A stretch of DNA of 64,000 nt from an uncultured Acidobacteriota bacterium (lineage in GTDB: Bacteria > Acidobacteriota > Blastocatellia > RBC074): contig CAWCKY010000004.1 in NCBI GenBank assembly GCA_963796275.1, positions 1,024,001 to 1,088,000 on the forward strand, written 5' to 3'. The position numbers and the translations under genes are program-made. The notes beneath the pieces were generated by a model. It worked only from the letters and a program-made list of their open reading frames with translations. It ran no database searches and was not told the origin of the DNA. Shown piece after piece: positions 10,054 through 20,000 of this stretch; within the stretch, counting starts at the first letter, position 1; each line of letters starts with the position of its first letter.

Positions 10054-10082
10054 AGGTGCGCGAAACGCTGGAATATGTCGCG
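10054..10082 (-). promoter_or_regulatory. Conserved bipartite upstream motif (candidate ECF-sigma promoter), copy 1
   Basis: Minus strand CGCGACATATTC-cagcgt-TTCGCGCACCT. Same spacing as the copy at 39244..39272. Confidence 0.6.
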
Positions 10083-10206
10083 CCGATTCTCGACATGTAA
10101 CGAAGTGACCTTTCTCACAGCCCCATGGTGAGGCCAGTCACATGGTGTTGTGGCATTTGAGGTTCGCCGGTCATTGCCTGATCGCATGTCTTCATTCAGG
10201 CATATA

Positions 10207-10269
10207 GATTGCGGATTGCCGTTAGCGGATTGTGGATTGCGGATTGCGGATTGCGGATTGCGGATTGTG
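10207..10269. repeat. Heptamer tandem repeat, about 9 x GATTGCG, followed by an A-rich/T-rich hairpin element (about 10277-10380)
   Basis: Read directly. Inverted partial copy AATCCGCAATC at 10382-10392. Confidence 0.85.
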
Positions 10270-10400
10270 GATATGCCCACAAAGACACAGAGGAAAAAGA
10301 GGCAAGGAGATCACGCTGGCTTAACCGCTAGTTACCTTCCCCTTTTTCTCTTCCCCTATATGTCTCTGTGTCGCTGTGGCAAATCCGCAATCGACTCACG

Positions 10401-13094
10401 TTACTCGTGCCGAAGCGCCGTCAGGGGATCGATCTTCATCGCTCGTCTCGCCGGGATGTAACTTGCCAGCAACGCCACCGATGTGAGCAACAACGCGATG
10501 GCCGCGAACGTTAGCGAATCGGTCGGGCTCACGCCGAACAACGATCCAGCCATCAGCCGCGTTAACGCCAGCGCCCCCACCAATCCCAGCGCCAATCCGA
10601 TAAGAGTAAGGATCACCCCCTGGCCGACTATAAGCTTGAGTACATCGCGCGGCTGCGCGCCCAGGGCCATGCGAATGCCGATCTCTCCTGTGCGCTGGCT
10701 GACCGAGTAAGACATAACTCCGTAGAGGCCGATCGCCGCCAGAATTAAGGCCACCGCCGCGAAGATGCCCACCAGGATCATCTGGAACCTTTGGCGGGAA
10801 ATCGAATCGACCATCATCTGCTCCAGCGATCGAACATTGGAGATGGGATGTTCACGATTCACATCCAATACCTCCTGCTTTACGGCAGCTGCAAGAGTGA
10901 GCGGATCGATGCTGGTGCGGACCATGAAATTGACCGGTAATAGCTTGTTGATAAATCGCGTTACCCCATCCGGCACCTGAGTATCCGGTATATAAACGCG
11001 AAGGATGTCGGGATTCTTCAAGTCGGCCCCCCTGACGTCTCCCACTACACCGACGATTTGGCGCGACCCTTCGGCAAATATCGGCCCCTCGAACTTGCCA
11101 AGCGACAGCGACTCGCCGATCGGATCTTTGTCTGGAAAGTATTGGCGTGCCAGCGCCTCGTTTATGAGCGCTACCGCAGGCGAGGAGTGCGAATCTCCTT
11201 CGGTGAAATACCGTCCCCGTCGAAGCGGAACGCTCAGAGCGCGGAAATAATTGGGTGATACCATGTTCCAGCCGGCGAAGCGAACGTCTTGCATACCTTC
11301 GGTGCGGAAAGACATCATCAACCCGTTTTCGAAAGGCAACCTGCTCACTACAGTGGCTGTCTCTACCCCAGGGAGCGCTTCGATCCGCTGCAGGGTCTGA
11401 TCGAAAAAGGCCGAGACACGAGCGGTGCTGTTATACTTCTCTTCAGGCATCGACAACTGAAAAGTCAAGACATTGGTCGGATCGAAACCGGGATTGACTC
11501 CGCGCAGGTTGGCGAAGGTTTGAATCAGAAGGGCTGCTCCCACCAGCAACATCGACGACAATCCGATCTCCGCTACGACGATCGAGCTGCGGAACCGGCT
11601 CCGCTGAATTCCCGCCGATGCCCTGACGCCGCTTTCATTAAGCACCGAGTTGAGATTGACTTTAGCCAATTGAAGCGCCGGAGCGAGGCCGAAGAGGATG
11701 CCGGTCGAGAGCGCAACCGCAAGCGTGAGTAGCAGGGCTCTTCCATCCAACTGAACTTCAGACAGGCGCGGTAGATTCCAGTCACCGAGCGCGAGCAACG
11801 CCTTCAGACCCAACCGTGCCACCAGGAGACCCAAAGCGCCGCCGAGCAAAGCCAGGATGGCGCTTTCAGTGAGTGACTGCTGAATCAGCCTGAAGTGTCC
11901 GGCGCCTAACGCGCTGCGAATAGCAACCTCCTTTTGCCGCGCCGCCGCCCGAGCCAACAACAGGCTGGCCACGTTGGCGCAGGCGATCAGTAATACGAAG
12001 CCGACTGCACCGAGCAGGACGAGTAATTCCGTCCGGACTTCTCCGATCATTGCCTGGTGATAGTCTTCGACTACGATGCCCTCGTTATCGCCCGTCAGCG
12101 CCGGTTGCTGGAGGCGAAACGTTCGAGCGACCGAATCCATCTCCGCCTGAGCCTGTTCGCGTGTCACTCCCGGTTTCAGGCGTCCGATGACTGCCAGCGG
12201 ATAGACCCGATCCTGATTGTGAGCGACTGGACGCAGAGGCATCCAAATATCGGCGGACCCTCTCGCCTCAAATCCGGGAGGCATGATCCCGATCACCCTG
12301 TATGGCTCTCCGCTCAACTCTATGCTCTTACCCAGAATCCCAGGGTCGGAGCCGAAGCGCCGTTTCCATAGGCCATCGCTGATGACGACGACGCGATCAC
12401 CACCAGGCCGGTCCTCTTCAGTGTTGAAGCTGCGCCCTTGGGCGGGTGGGATCCCGTAGACCCGGAAAAAGTTGGCAGAGACGCGCGCGCCTCGAAGGCG
12501 CTCCGGCTCATCGCCACCCGTCAGATTGACGCCCGCCCCCACCGCCTCAACGGCCGTCATACTCTCAAATATTCGATTGTTCTCTCGCCAGAAGAGGAAT
12601 TGCGTGACGGAGGCGAGGGTCCTGGAAGGAGGAGGAATCCCTCGCCAGAGGTGCATCAGCTGTTCGCTCTCCGGATAAGAGAAGGGGCGAAGCAGCACCG
12701 CATTGACCACGCTGAAGATCGCTGTGTTGGCGCCGATGCCGAGCGCGAGTATCAACACGGCTACCGCGGTGAAGCCGGGATTTTTCCGAAGCATACGGAT
12801 TCCATAGCGTAAATCCTGCCAGAGGTCTCCGAAGAAATTTCCTCGGTTTGTTTCGACAACCATAGGTTGGTTTTTCATACCGCTCTCCCTCAACTCCTGC
12901 GCGGGCAATTGCCCTTCTTTCAATTCCGCTAGCGTCGCGCGATAAGCCTCTTCCGGCGACGCGCCACCAGCCAGCAGCTCCGCGTAATGATCCTCAAGGT
13001 GTTGCGTAAACTCCTCGACGATCTCGGCCTCACGCGTCGGCGTAAGCTGCAAGCCCGCCAACCGCAGTATGATTTCATCTTTCCACTCAGACAT
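10401..13094 (-). CDS. ADOP-family duplicated orphan ABC permease (two MacB_PCD/FtsX modules) with N-terminal prefix domain
   Basis: [86 protein letters not shown]. Confidence 0.95.
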   Translation of the reverse strand: MSEWKDEIILRLAGLQLTPTREAEIVEEFTQHLEDHYAELLAGGASPEEAYRATLAELKEGQLPAQELRESGMKNQPMVVETNRGNFFGDLWQDLRYGIRMLRKNPGFTAVAVLILALGIGANTAIFSVVNAVLLRPFSYPESEQLMHLWRGIPPPSRTLASVTQFLFWRENNRIFESMTAVEAVGAGVNLTGGDEPERLRGARVSANFFRVYGIPPAQGRSFNTEEDRPGGDRVVVISDGLWKRRFGSDPGILGKSIELSGEPYRVIGIMPPGFEARGSADIWMPLRPVAHNQDRVYPLAVIGRLKPGVTREQAQAEMDSVARTFRLQQPALTGDNEGIVVEDYHQAMIGEVRTELLVLLGAVGFVLLIACANVASLLLARAAARQKEVAIRSALGAGHFRLIQQSLTESAILALLGGALGLLVARLGLKALLALGDWNLPRLSEVQLDGRALLLTLAVALSTGILFGLAPALQLAKVNLNSVLNESGVRASAGIQRSRFRSSIVVAEIGLSSMLLVGAALLIQTFANLRGVNPGFDPTNVLTFQLSMPEEKYNSTARVSAFFDQTLQRIEALPGVETATVVSRLPFENGLMMSFRTEGMQDVRFAGWNMVSPNYFRALSVPLRRGRYFTEGDSHSSPAVALINEALARQYFPDKDPIGESLSLGKFEGPIFAEGSRQIVGVVGDVRGADLKNPDILRVYIPDTQVPDGVTRFINKLLPVNFMVRTSIDPLTLAAAVKQEVLDVNREHPISNVRSLEQMMVDSISRQRFQMILVGIFAAVALILAAIGLYGVMSYSVSQRTGEIGIRMALGAQPRDVLKLIVGQGVILTLIGLALGLVGALALTRLMAGSLFGVSPTDSLTFAAIALLLTSVALLASYIPARRAMKIDPLTALRHE

Positions 13095-13160
13095 ATTTGA
13101 TTTCCCCTAAGAAAACCTCTTGCTAACTATAGATAGTGGAAATAACGGGCGATCCGGTTT

Positions 13161-13399
13161 TCAGCCCACGAAGTGGGCGACAGAATACAGCCCAGGGTGG
13201 AGCCGAAGGCGTAACCCTGGGTTGGGTACCATCAAGCCGCGCGAGCCCACGAAGTGGGCGATAGACCTCAAGCTCTTGGGCCTCGATCTCAATCTCTGTA
13301 GCCCGTTTCACGGGCTCGAACCAGATATTTATGACGCACCCAGGGTTACGGCTTCGCCTCCACCCTGGGCTTTATGCTATCGCCCACTACGTGGGCTGA
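13161..13399. repeat. REP-doublet/MITE-like palindromic element (239 bp)
   Basis: Long imperfect terminal inverted repeats TCAGCCCACGAAGTGGGCGACAGAATACAGCCCAGGGTGGAG / CTCCACCCTGGGCTTTATGCTATCGCCCACTACGTGGGCTGA, with internal copies of the GCCCAC-gaa-GTGGGC hairpin. Confidence 0.85.
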
Positions 13400-13699
13400 T
13401 TCCCATAAATCTCCCATCATATAGCTTCCCCAGTTGCTTCTTCTCCTGGTTGCGTCCGAACCGGCGGGCTCCTGCGGCACTGGGCGCTCGATGCACCGCA
13501 GTTCTCCCGCCAACGATCCGCTCTCACTCAACTCCGAAAGAGCCGTGCGATTCGCTTCCTCCGGCGTCGCCCCACCCGCCAGCATTTCCTTGTGGCGATC
13601 CTCAAGATGCCGGGCCAACTCCTCGATAACCTCAGCATCACGCTCGGGCTCGAGTTTCAAGTCCGGCAACCGTTCTCTGACCTCTTGCTTCCACTCCAT
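13400..13699 (-). pseudogene. Truncated ADOP permease (prefix domain only)
   Basis: MEWKQEVRERLPDLKLEPERDAEVIEELARHLEDRH...MMGDLW. Homology stops exactly where the palindromic element begins. Confidence 0.8.
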
Positions 13700-13747
13700 T
13701 CGCCAACGACCTCCAGCCTCGCCCCCAACACCCAACAACTCCTCTTC

Positions 13748-14107
13748 TTATGCATTCTCCAACCCGGTAATACGATTGATAGCCGCGACGAACGACTGCC
13801 ATGTGCTGCGCTGCGATGCCAACACCTTCCTGCCCTCCTTCGTCAAACGATAATAGCGGCGGCGGCGCTGACCGGCTTTCTCCACCCACCGGCCCTCGAG
13901 CCAGCCGCGCTTCTCGAGCCGGTAGAGCAGCGGGTAAAGGGAGGCGATGTTGAAGCTCAGCACGCCGTCCGAACGCGTCTCGATCAACTTTCTGATCTCA
14001 TAACCGTGACGCGCGCGCGCTTCAACCAGTGAGAGTATGAGCAGCTCGGCGCTTCCCTTCTTCAACTCGCGGTCCAATATGCGTGAATGTATATTCGTCA
14101 TTGCCAC
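13748..14107 (-). CDS. PadR-family transcriptional regulator (acidobacterial ADOP-associated type)
   Basis: LKKGSAELLILSL, HGYEI, SLYPLLYRLEKRG, RRRRYYRLT..G, W..F..A. Confidence 0.93.
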   Translation of the reverse strand: MAMTNIHSRILDRELKKGSAELLILSLVEARARHGYEIRKLIETRSDGVLSFNIASLYPLLYRLEKRGWLEGRWVEKAGQRRRRYYRLTKEGRKVLASQRSTWQSFVAAINRITGLENA

Positions 14108-14261
14108 ATATTATGCAGGCAAATATTAGCAGTCAAGCAGCTCTTTTGGGTTTCGGGTGATCATCGCCTATAATCGGATCGTCCCACTGAAAGAGTCTAT
14201 AGAACGCCATGTTAGAAAATTCTACCTCACATTAAATTTCGAAATATTTTGGAGGTTTGCA

Positions 14262-14876
14262 ATGAGATTTAAGTATTCATTGAAAGCTGTCTCGCTGGTT
14301 CTGGCGTCATTACTTGTTTATGGAACTTTCACCGCCGTCTGCGCGCAGGGACGAGGGCGAGGAGGTGGAAGCGGGCGAGGATCGGGTATGGGTGGAGGTC
14401 GGGGCATGGGAGGAGGAGTCAGTGGCGGGCTGGGTACCGCATCGGATCGTTCGAATGGACGGTCGGATAGGGGACTCGACAATGCTTCCGACAAATCGAA
14501 TGGGCGATCGGACGCGGGCCTGGATCGCGCGCGGGCGGCGAACGATAAGCTCAAGAACGCTGACGATGAGATTCGCCAGAATCCGGGGCTGGCGAAGGGA
14601 ATGAACATGAGCGCAAATCAGTTGCGCGATGGTTATCAGGCCGCCCTGGCAAACAACCCCGATCTGAAATTCGGTCAATATGTCGCCGCCAATCGGATCG
14701 CCCGGAATTTGGGTGACCGCAATCCGAATATCACTTCAGATGCGATCCTACAGGGATTGAACGGCGGCAAGAGCATCGGCCAGAGACTCCAGGAACTCGG
14801 GTTGAATTCGAAGGAAGCGAAAGAGGCGGAAAAGAACGCAGAACGACAGATCAAAGAGAGTAAACTCAATAAATGA
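14262..14876 (+). CDS. Hypothetical secreted protein with a Gly-rich N-terminal linker
   Basis: GGAGG RBS, signal peptide MRFKYSLKAVSLVLASLLVYGTFTAVCA-Q, Gly/Arg-rich tract, short ASDxSNGRSD repeat, helical C-terminus. Confidence 0.8.
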   Translation: MRFKYSLKAVSLVLASLLVYGTFTAVCAQGRGRGGGSGRGSGMGGGRGMGGGVSGGLGTASDRSNGRSDRGLDNASDKSNGRSDAGLDRARAANDKLKNADDEIRQNPGLAKGMNMSANQLRDGYQAALANNPDLKFGQYVAANRIARNLGDRNPNITSDAILQGLNGGKSIGQRLQELGLNSKEAKEAEKNAERQIKESKLNK

Positions 14877-14894
14877 CCTGATTCTTGAGAGCCT

Positions 14895-14983
14895 TTCATC
14901 ACAATAAACACAAAAAAAGACACAAAGACCACATAACTATAATTTGTGATCTTTGTGTCTTTTTGCTTTCTTGTAGTGAATCC
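14895..14983. repeat. A-rich/T-rich imperfect hairpin element (possible bidirectional terminator)
   Basis: AAAAAGACACAAAGACCACA pairs with TGTGATCTTTGTGTCTTTTT. Ends in GTGAATCC like the element at 60878..61002. Confidence 0.65.
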
Positions 14984-14988
14984 AGTCC

Positions 14989-15131
14989 TCGTTCGAACCT
15001 GATCGCCATCGTCGGATCCACCCTGTCGACCCGCCAGCCGATATCCGGCGAACATGCGGGGCTACAAATTAGCATCACCTTCACAACAGCCAAGGCAGAG
15101 ATTTATTAAAGTAATCCTTCCAATCGGGCAT
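14989..15131 (-). pseudogene. Collapsed ADOP permease remnant (first and last codons only)
   Basis: ATG just after the PadR stop gives MPDWKD (compare MSEWKD). About 100 nt later comes AC...RVDRVDPTMAIRFE-CGA (compare [24 protein letters not shown]). Confidence 0.6.
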
Positions 15132-15142
15132 TGTTGATTCAC

Positions 15143-15475
15143 TCAGGCGGGGTTGATCTTCGCCACGCGATCGAGCGCCGTAAAGAAATCGGCCCAGGTT
15201 TGCCTCTGATCCGCCAGAACTTTGCGCCCCTGGGCGGTCAGTTTGTAGTAGCGGCGGCGGCGCTGCCCCGCCTTCTCCACCCAGCGGCCCTGAATCAACT
15301 CACGCTTCTCCAACCGGTAGAGCAAAGGATAAAGCGACGCGACGTGGAATTGCAGAACGCCGTCCGAACGCTCCTCGATCAATTTGGCGATCTCATACCC
15401 GTGGCGCGGGCGATCCTCAACCAGGGCCAGGATCAGCATCTCTGTACTACCTCGCTTCACTTCTCTATCAAGCAT
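15143..15475 (-). CDS. PadR-family transcriptional regulator, second copy
   Basis: MLDREVKRGSTEMLILAL, HGYEIAKLIE, SLYPLLYRLEKR, WVEKAGQRRRRYYKLT. Close paralog of 13748..14107. ORF track starts at 15517. Confidence 0.93.
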   Translation of the reverse strand: MLDREVKRGSTEMLILALVEDRPRHGYEIAKLIEERSDGVLQFHVASLYPLLYRLEKRELIQGRWVEKAGQRRRRYYKLTAQGRKVLADQRQTWADFFTALDRVAKINPA

Positions 15476-15585
15476 AGGATTTATATATCTCCATATATAG
15501 TGATGCCATATATACACTTGTAATTGGATAAAAGCAATCGGAATGGCCTTCGCCTGAAGCGTATGCTAATTATCATTAAGTTCAT

Positions 15586-15740
15586 TCAGCTCCGGAAGAG
15601 CCGGATGTTTAAAGTTTCGACGAATTTTCCAACCACAAGCTCCGGCGGAGAAATGTGGTCACGGCCATATGTCGCTCCTGACGGAGCTGGGGTAATTGTT
15701 AGAATGGTGAGCTATAGACATGGCGCGCCTCTGGCGCTGA
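15586..15740. repeat. Degenerate REP-like palindromic element (GCTCC..GGAGC family)
   Basis: Four short hairpin remnants GCTCCGGAAGAGC, GCTCCGGCGGAG, GCTCCTGACGGAGC and GCCTCTGGCGC in mirrored arrangement. Related to 28836..28990. Confidence 0.55.
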
Positions 15741-15885
15741 TGCCTCAATGCCACAGTTGTGTTTAAGATCGGTGCATTGCGCTGGCTCAGGTTGCCGCTC
15801 AGGGCTGGCGGGTATTCTCTGGTGGTAGTAACTCACTAGAAGAGTGCAGACAACTAAAAAAGGCGTGCGTGAAAGGACCTATCGA

Positions 15886-16836
15886 TTATTTCTCGATCAG
15901 GACCTCCGAACTTTGAGCTACGCCCGCTTCGACCCGTTCGTCTCTGGCGATCATGAGGTTTCTAAGCGCCGCGGCCAATTCGCTGAACTCCCGTTGGCGC
16001 GGACTGCCACGGAGTACGGCGCAGCGCCAATGGCGCACTACCGGTTGCGGTCCGAAGGAGATCAGAGTGAGTCCCCGAGCATTCGCGGCGGATTCGACCA
16101 TCCAACGGGCCGCTGCGGCAACTCCCATTCCAGCGGCCGCCATTTCCAGAATCGCTTCCGTCAGCTGTAGGCGGATCACTTCCTGCGGGCGGACCCCATG
16201 ACTCGCGAGCAGGCCGTCAACGACGACGTGCCTACCGTCCGCAGTGGCGTGGATCAGCAGACTTTCTCCACGCAGGTCTTCCGGCATGATCTTTCGTCTT
16301 CCGCTGAGCGGATGATCTTTCGCCAAAATCAGTACGATCTCGTCTTGCAGCAGATGCCAGTAATGCAGGCGATCATCCTTGCCTTCCGAACTCAAAATCG
16401 CAAAGTCGATCTCTCCCCGGATGAGCGCGTCCACCACGCGTTGCGTCGCCTCCGGCACGATTCGCAATCGAACGCGCTGGGCCAAATTCGAATGCCTGCG
16501 GACGAGCGAGGGTAGCCAGTGATAAGTCGTATAACATTGCGTGCCCAGCCGGATCACCTGAGCCGCGCCCTGCGCCATCGTCGCAAGATCGAGTTCCATC
16601 TGGCGGAACTCCATCTGAATCAGCGTTCCGCGCCGGATCAATTCTTCACCGATTGCGGTCGGCGCCATGCACCTCGGCTGCCGCACGAATATCGTGGAGC
16701 CAACCCGCGCTTCCAGGCTCTTCAGATGATGGCTCAGCGCCGATTGCGATAGGTGAAGCCGACGTGCCGCGGCGGTGATAGTGCCTTCTTCGGCGATCGT
16801 CACGGCAATCTCTATATCATCGCGTGTGATCTTCAT
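15886..16836 (-). CDS. LysR-family transcriptional regulator
   Basis: HTH EEGTITAAARRLHLSQSALSHHLKSLE plus a substrate-binding domain (CYTTYHWLP, MetR-like). Divergent from the RND operon. Confidence 0.95.
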   Translation of the reverse strand: MKITRDDIEIAVTIAEEGTITAAARRLHLSQSALSHHLKSLEARVGSTIFVRQPRCMAPTAIGEELIRRGTLIQMEFRQMELDLATMAQGAAQVIRLGTQCYTTYHWLPSLVRRHSNLAQRVRLRIVPEATQRVVDALIRGEIDFAILSSEGKDDRLHYWHLLQDEIVLILAKDHPLSGRRKIMPEDLRGESLLIHATADGRHVVVDGLLASHGVRPQEVIRLQLTEAILEMAAAGMGVAAAARWMVESAANARGLTLISFGPQPVVRHWRCAVLRGSPRQREFSELAAALRNLMIARDERVEAGVAQSSEVLIEK

Positions 16837-16950
16837 ATCGTCTCTGAGATGAAATTCGACTTAAAACCCTGGCTTAAAACACGCTCAAGTACATCTTTTA
16901 TTCAATGGCTTTATTTCCCGGCTTTTCCCTGCGAATTATTTCGAGTATAT

Positions 16951-16965
16951 ATGCAGATATTTCAT
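16951..16965. promoter_or_regulatory. Candidate LysR recognition site (T-N11-A)
   Basis: ATGcagatatttCAT in the AT-rich divergent intergenic region. Confidence 0.35.
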
Positions 16966-17063
16966 TCTTTCAATGCAAAACATTCAATTGTGTGCATAGC
17001 TTTACTCGGCTATGATCTCGGTTCGCATACGGAATAACGGAGTCAATAGCCCAATATCACTTT

Positions 17064-20000
17064 ATGTGGATAATACGTGTAGCACTCGACCGGCCATACA
17101 CATTTATCGTGTTGGCGCTTCTGGTGTTGATCGTCAGTCCGGTTGTAATTCTACGTACGCCGACCGACATTTTTCCCAACATCAACATTCCCGTGATTGC
17201 TATCGGATGGCAATATACCGGTCTGAATCCGGAAGAACTGGAAGGCCGTCTGGTCACGCCATTCGAGCGCTTCCTGACCACGACGGTGGATAACATCGAG
17301 CATATCGAATCGACCACAATGATCGGACGGTCGATCGTGAAGGTCTTTCTTCAACCGAACGCCAGCATCGACCGCGCCAATTCCCAGGTCACGGCGACCT
17401 CGCAAACTGCTATACGCCAGGCTCCACCCGGCACCGTTCCCCCTCTCATCGTGAACTACAACGCATCAACGGTTCCGATCCTTCAACTGGCTCTCTCCGG
17501 TGAGGGGCTGTCGGAGCAGCAGTTGAACGACCTCTCGCTGAACTTTCTCCGCAGCCAGCTGATCACCGTGCCTGGCGTTTCCATCCCCTATCCGTACGGC
17601 GGCAAGCAGCGTCAGGTTATGGTCAATTTGGATCCGGCGCTGCTCCAGTCGAAGGGGCTCTCCGCCGCGGACGTCGTGACGGCGGTCGGGCAGCAGAATC
17701 TGGTGTTACCGTCCGGCACGGCCAAGATGGGCGCCTTCGAGTACGACATCGCGCTGAATGGAAGCCCTGATACGGTGAAGGAACTGAACGACCTGCCATT
17801 GCGCCTCGCCGGACAATCGCCCATCTACCTGCGCGACGTGGCGCAGGTGAGCGACGGATTCTCCCCACAGACCAATGCCGTAAGGCTCGACGGCAAACGG
17901 GGCGCGCTGATGACCATCCTGAAGGCGGGCGATGCATCGACGATCGACGTGGTGCGGGACATCAAAGCAATGCTTCCGCGTGTCGCCACCACACTTCCTC
18001 CGGAACTGAAGGTTCAGCCCCTGGCCGATCAATCCACCTTCGTCATGGCGGCTGTCACCGGCGTGATCTACGAAGCGATCATCGCTGCCTGCCTCACCGG
18101 AATCATGATCCTGATCTTTCTGGGAAGTTGGCGGAGCACACTCATCATCGCGATTTCGATTCCGCTTTCGATTCTGACTTCCATCATAACATTCAGTTTC
18201 CTCGGGAACACGATCAACATCATGACTCTTGGAGGGCTGGCGCTGGCCGTCGGCATACTGGTGGACGATGCCACCGTCACCATCGAAAACATCGAGCGTC
18301 ACCTTGAAGAAGGTCTCGGCATCCGCGATGCGATCATGCAGGGAGCCGGGCAGATCGCTGTGCCGACTTTGGTCTCCACCCTATGCATCTGCGTAGTCTT
18401 TCTACCCATGTTTTTTTTGAGCGGCGTCGCACGCTATCTGTTCGTCCCACTGGCTGAGGCGGTAGTGTTCGCAATGCTCGCTTCCTATCTCTTCTCGCGG
18501 ACCTTGGTGCCGACGCTGGCTTTGTACCTCCTGAAAACCTCGCACGTTAACCGGGTTGCGACCCAAAACCCCTTCACTCTTATACACCGGGTATTCGAGC
18601 GGGGATTTGATTTCACGCGCGGGATATATCGCGATATGTTGAGCATGCTGGTGAGAAGACGCGTTCTTTTCGTACCGGCGTTTCTGGGCCTCTGTCTAAG
18701 CGCGATTCCTTTGACGCCGTGGCTGGGTCAGGATTTCTTCCCTCGCAGCGAGGGCGGGCAGTTCCTGCTCCACGTTCGGGCCAAGACGGGTACGCGAATC
18801 GAGGAGACGGCCCGGCTCTGCGACCAGGTGGAGTCTTCCATTCGCCGCTTGATACCTGACCCGGAACTCACCAGTATCGTCGACAACATCGGGGTGCCGT
18901 ACAGCACGATCAACACCGTCTACAACAGTTCGGGCACCATCGGACCATCCGATGCGGATATTCTCGTCTCGCTCAAGAAACCGCACCGGCCTACCGCCGA
19001 CTACATACAAGAGTTACGAAAGCTGCTGGCCGCCGAGTTTCCGGGGGTCACATTCTACTTTCTGCCTGCCGACATGGTGACGCAGATCCTGAACTTCGGA
19101 ATGCCGGCGCCGGTCAACATCCAATTGGAAGGTGCGAATATTGAAGGCAATCGTCTGGTGGCGAACAAGCTCCTCAATGAATTGCGCCTGGTGCCAGGAA
19201 TCGTCGATCTGCGCATCCAGCAGCAATTCGATTACCCGAAGTACGACGTCATAGTGGATCGGACTCGGGCGATTCAAGGCGGATTCACTCAGCGTGACAT
19301 CGCCAGCAGCCTGCTGGTTTCACTGAGCGGGAGTTTTCAGACGACGCCATCCTTCTTTCTAGATCCGCAGAACGGCGTCAATTACAACCTGGTAACACAG
19401 GCGCCGCAATATACGATTCAGTCTCTTCAATCGCTGCAAAATCTGCCCATCAGCTCTCCCAACCTGACCCGATCCGAAATCCTGGCCGACGTGGCTGAGC
19501 TGCGCCGATCCAGCGAGATGGCCGTGGTCAATCATTACAACATTCGGCGCGTGATCGATATTTACGGATCGGTTGAAGGCCGCGATCTCGGATCAGCGGG
19601 AAAAGAGATCACACAGATCGTCGATCGCCACCAGGGCGATCTACCTCGCGGAACCAGCATAAACATCCGCGGGCAGTTGGACACAATGCAGAAGTCCTAC
19701 GCCGGATTGATCGCCGGACTCGCATTCGCCATCATCCTGGTCTACTTGTTGATCGTGGTGAATTTCCAATCGTGGTTGGATCCATTCATCATAATAACGG
19801 CACTCCCGGCCGCATTGGCGGGAATAATCCTTTTTCTCTTCATCACACACACGCGCCTGAGCGTACCGGCGCTTATGGGCGCCATAATGTGTATGGGTGT
19901 AGCCACAGCGAACAGCATTCTGGTGATATCGTTCGCCAAAGAACGGCTGGCGGAGCACGGGGACCCGCTCACAGCCGCCGTGGAAGCCGGATTCACCAGG

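Noticed and set aside
10020-10461. ORFs with IRNPQSA / ADCGLRI repeats
   Set aside because: They are translations of the GATTGCG heptamer array, not credible proteins.
13120-13629. ORFs over the palindromic element as a possible transposase
   Set aside because: No HUH or DDE motifs. They are shadow frames of the repeat and the ADOP remnant.
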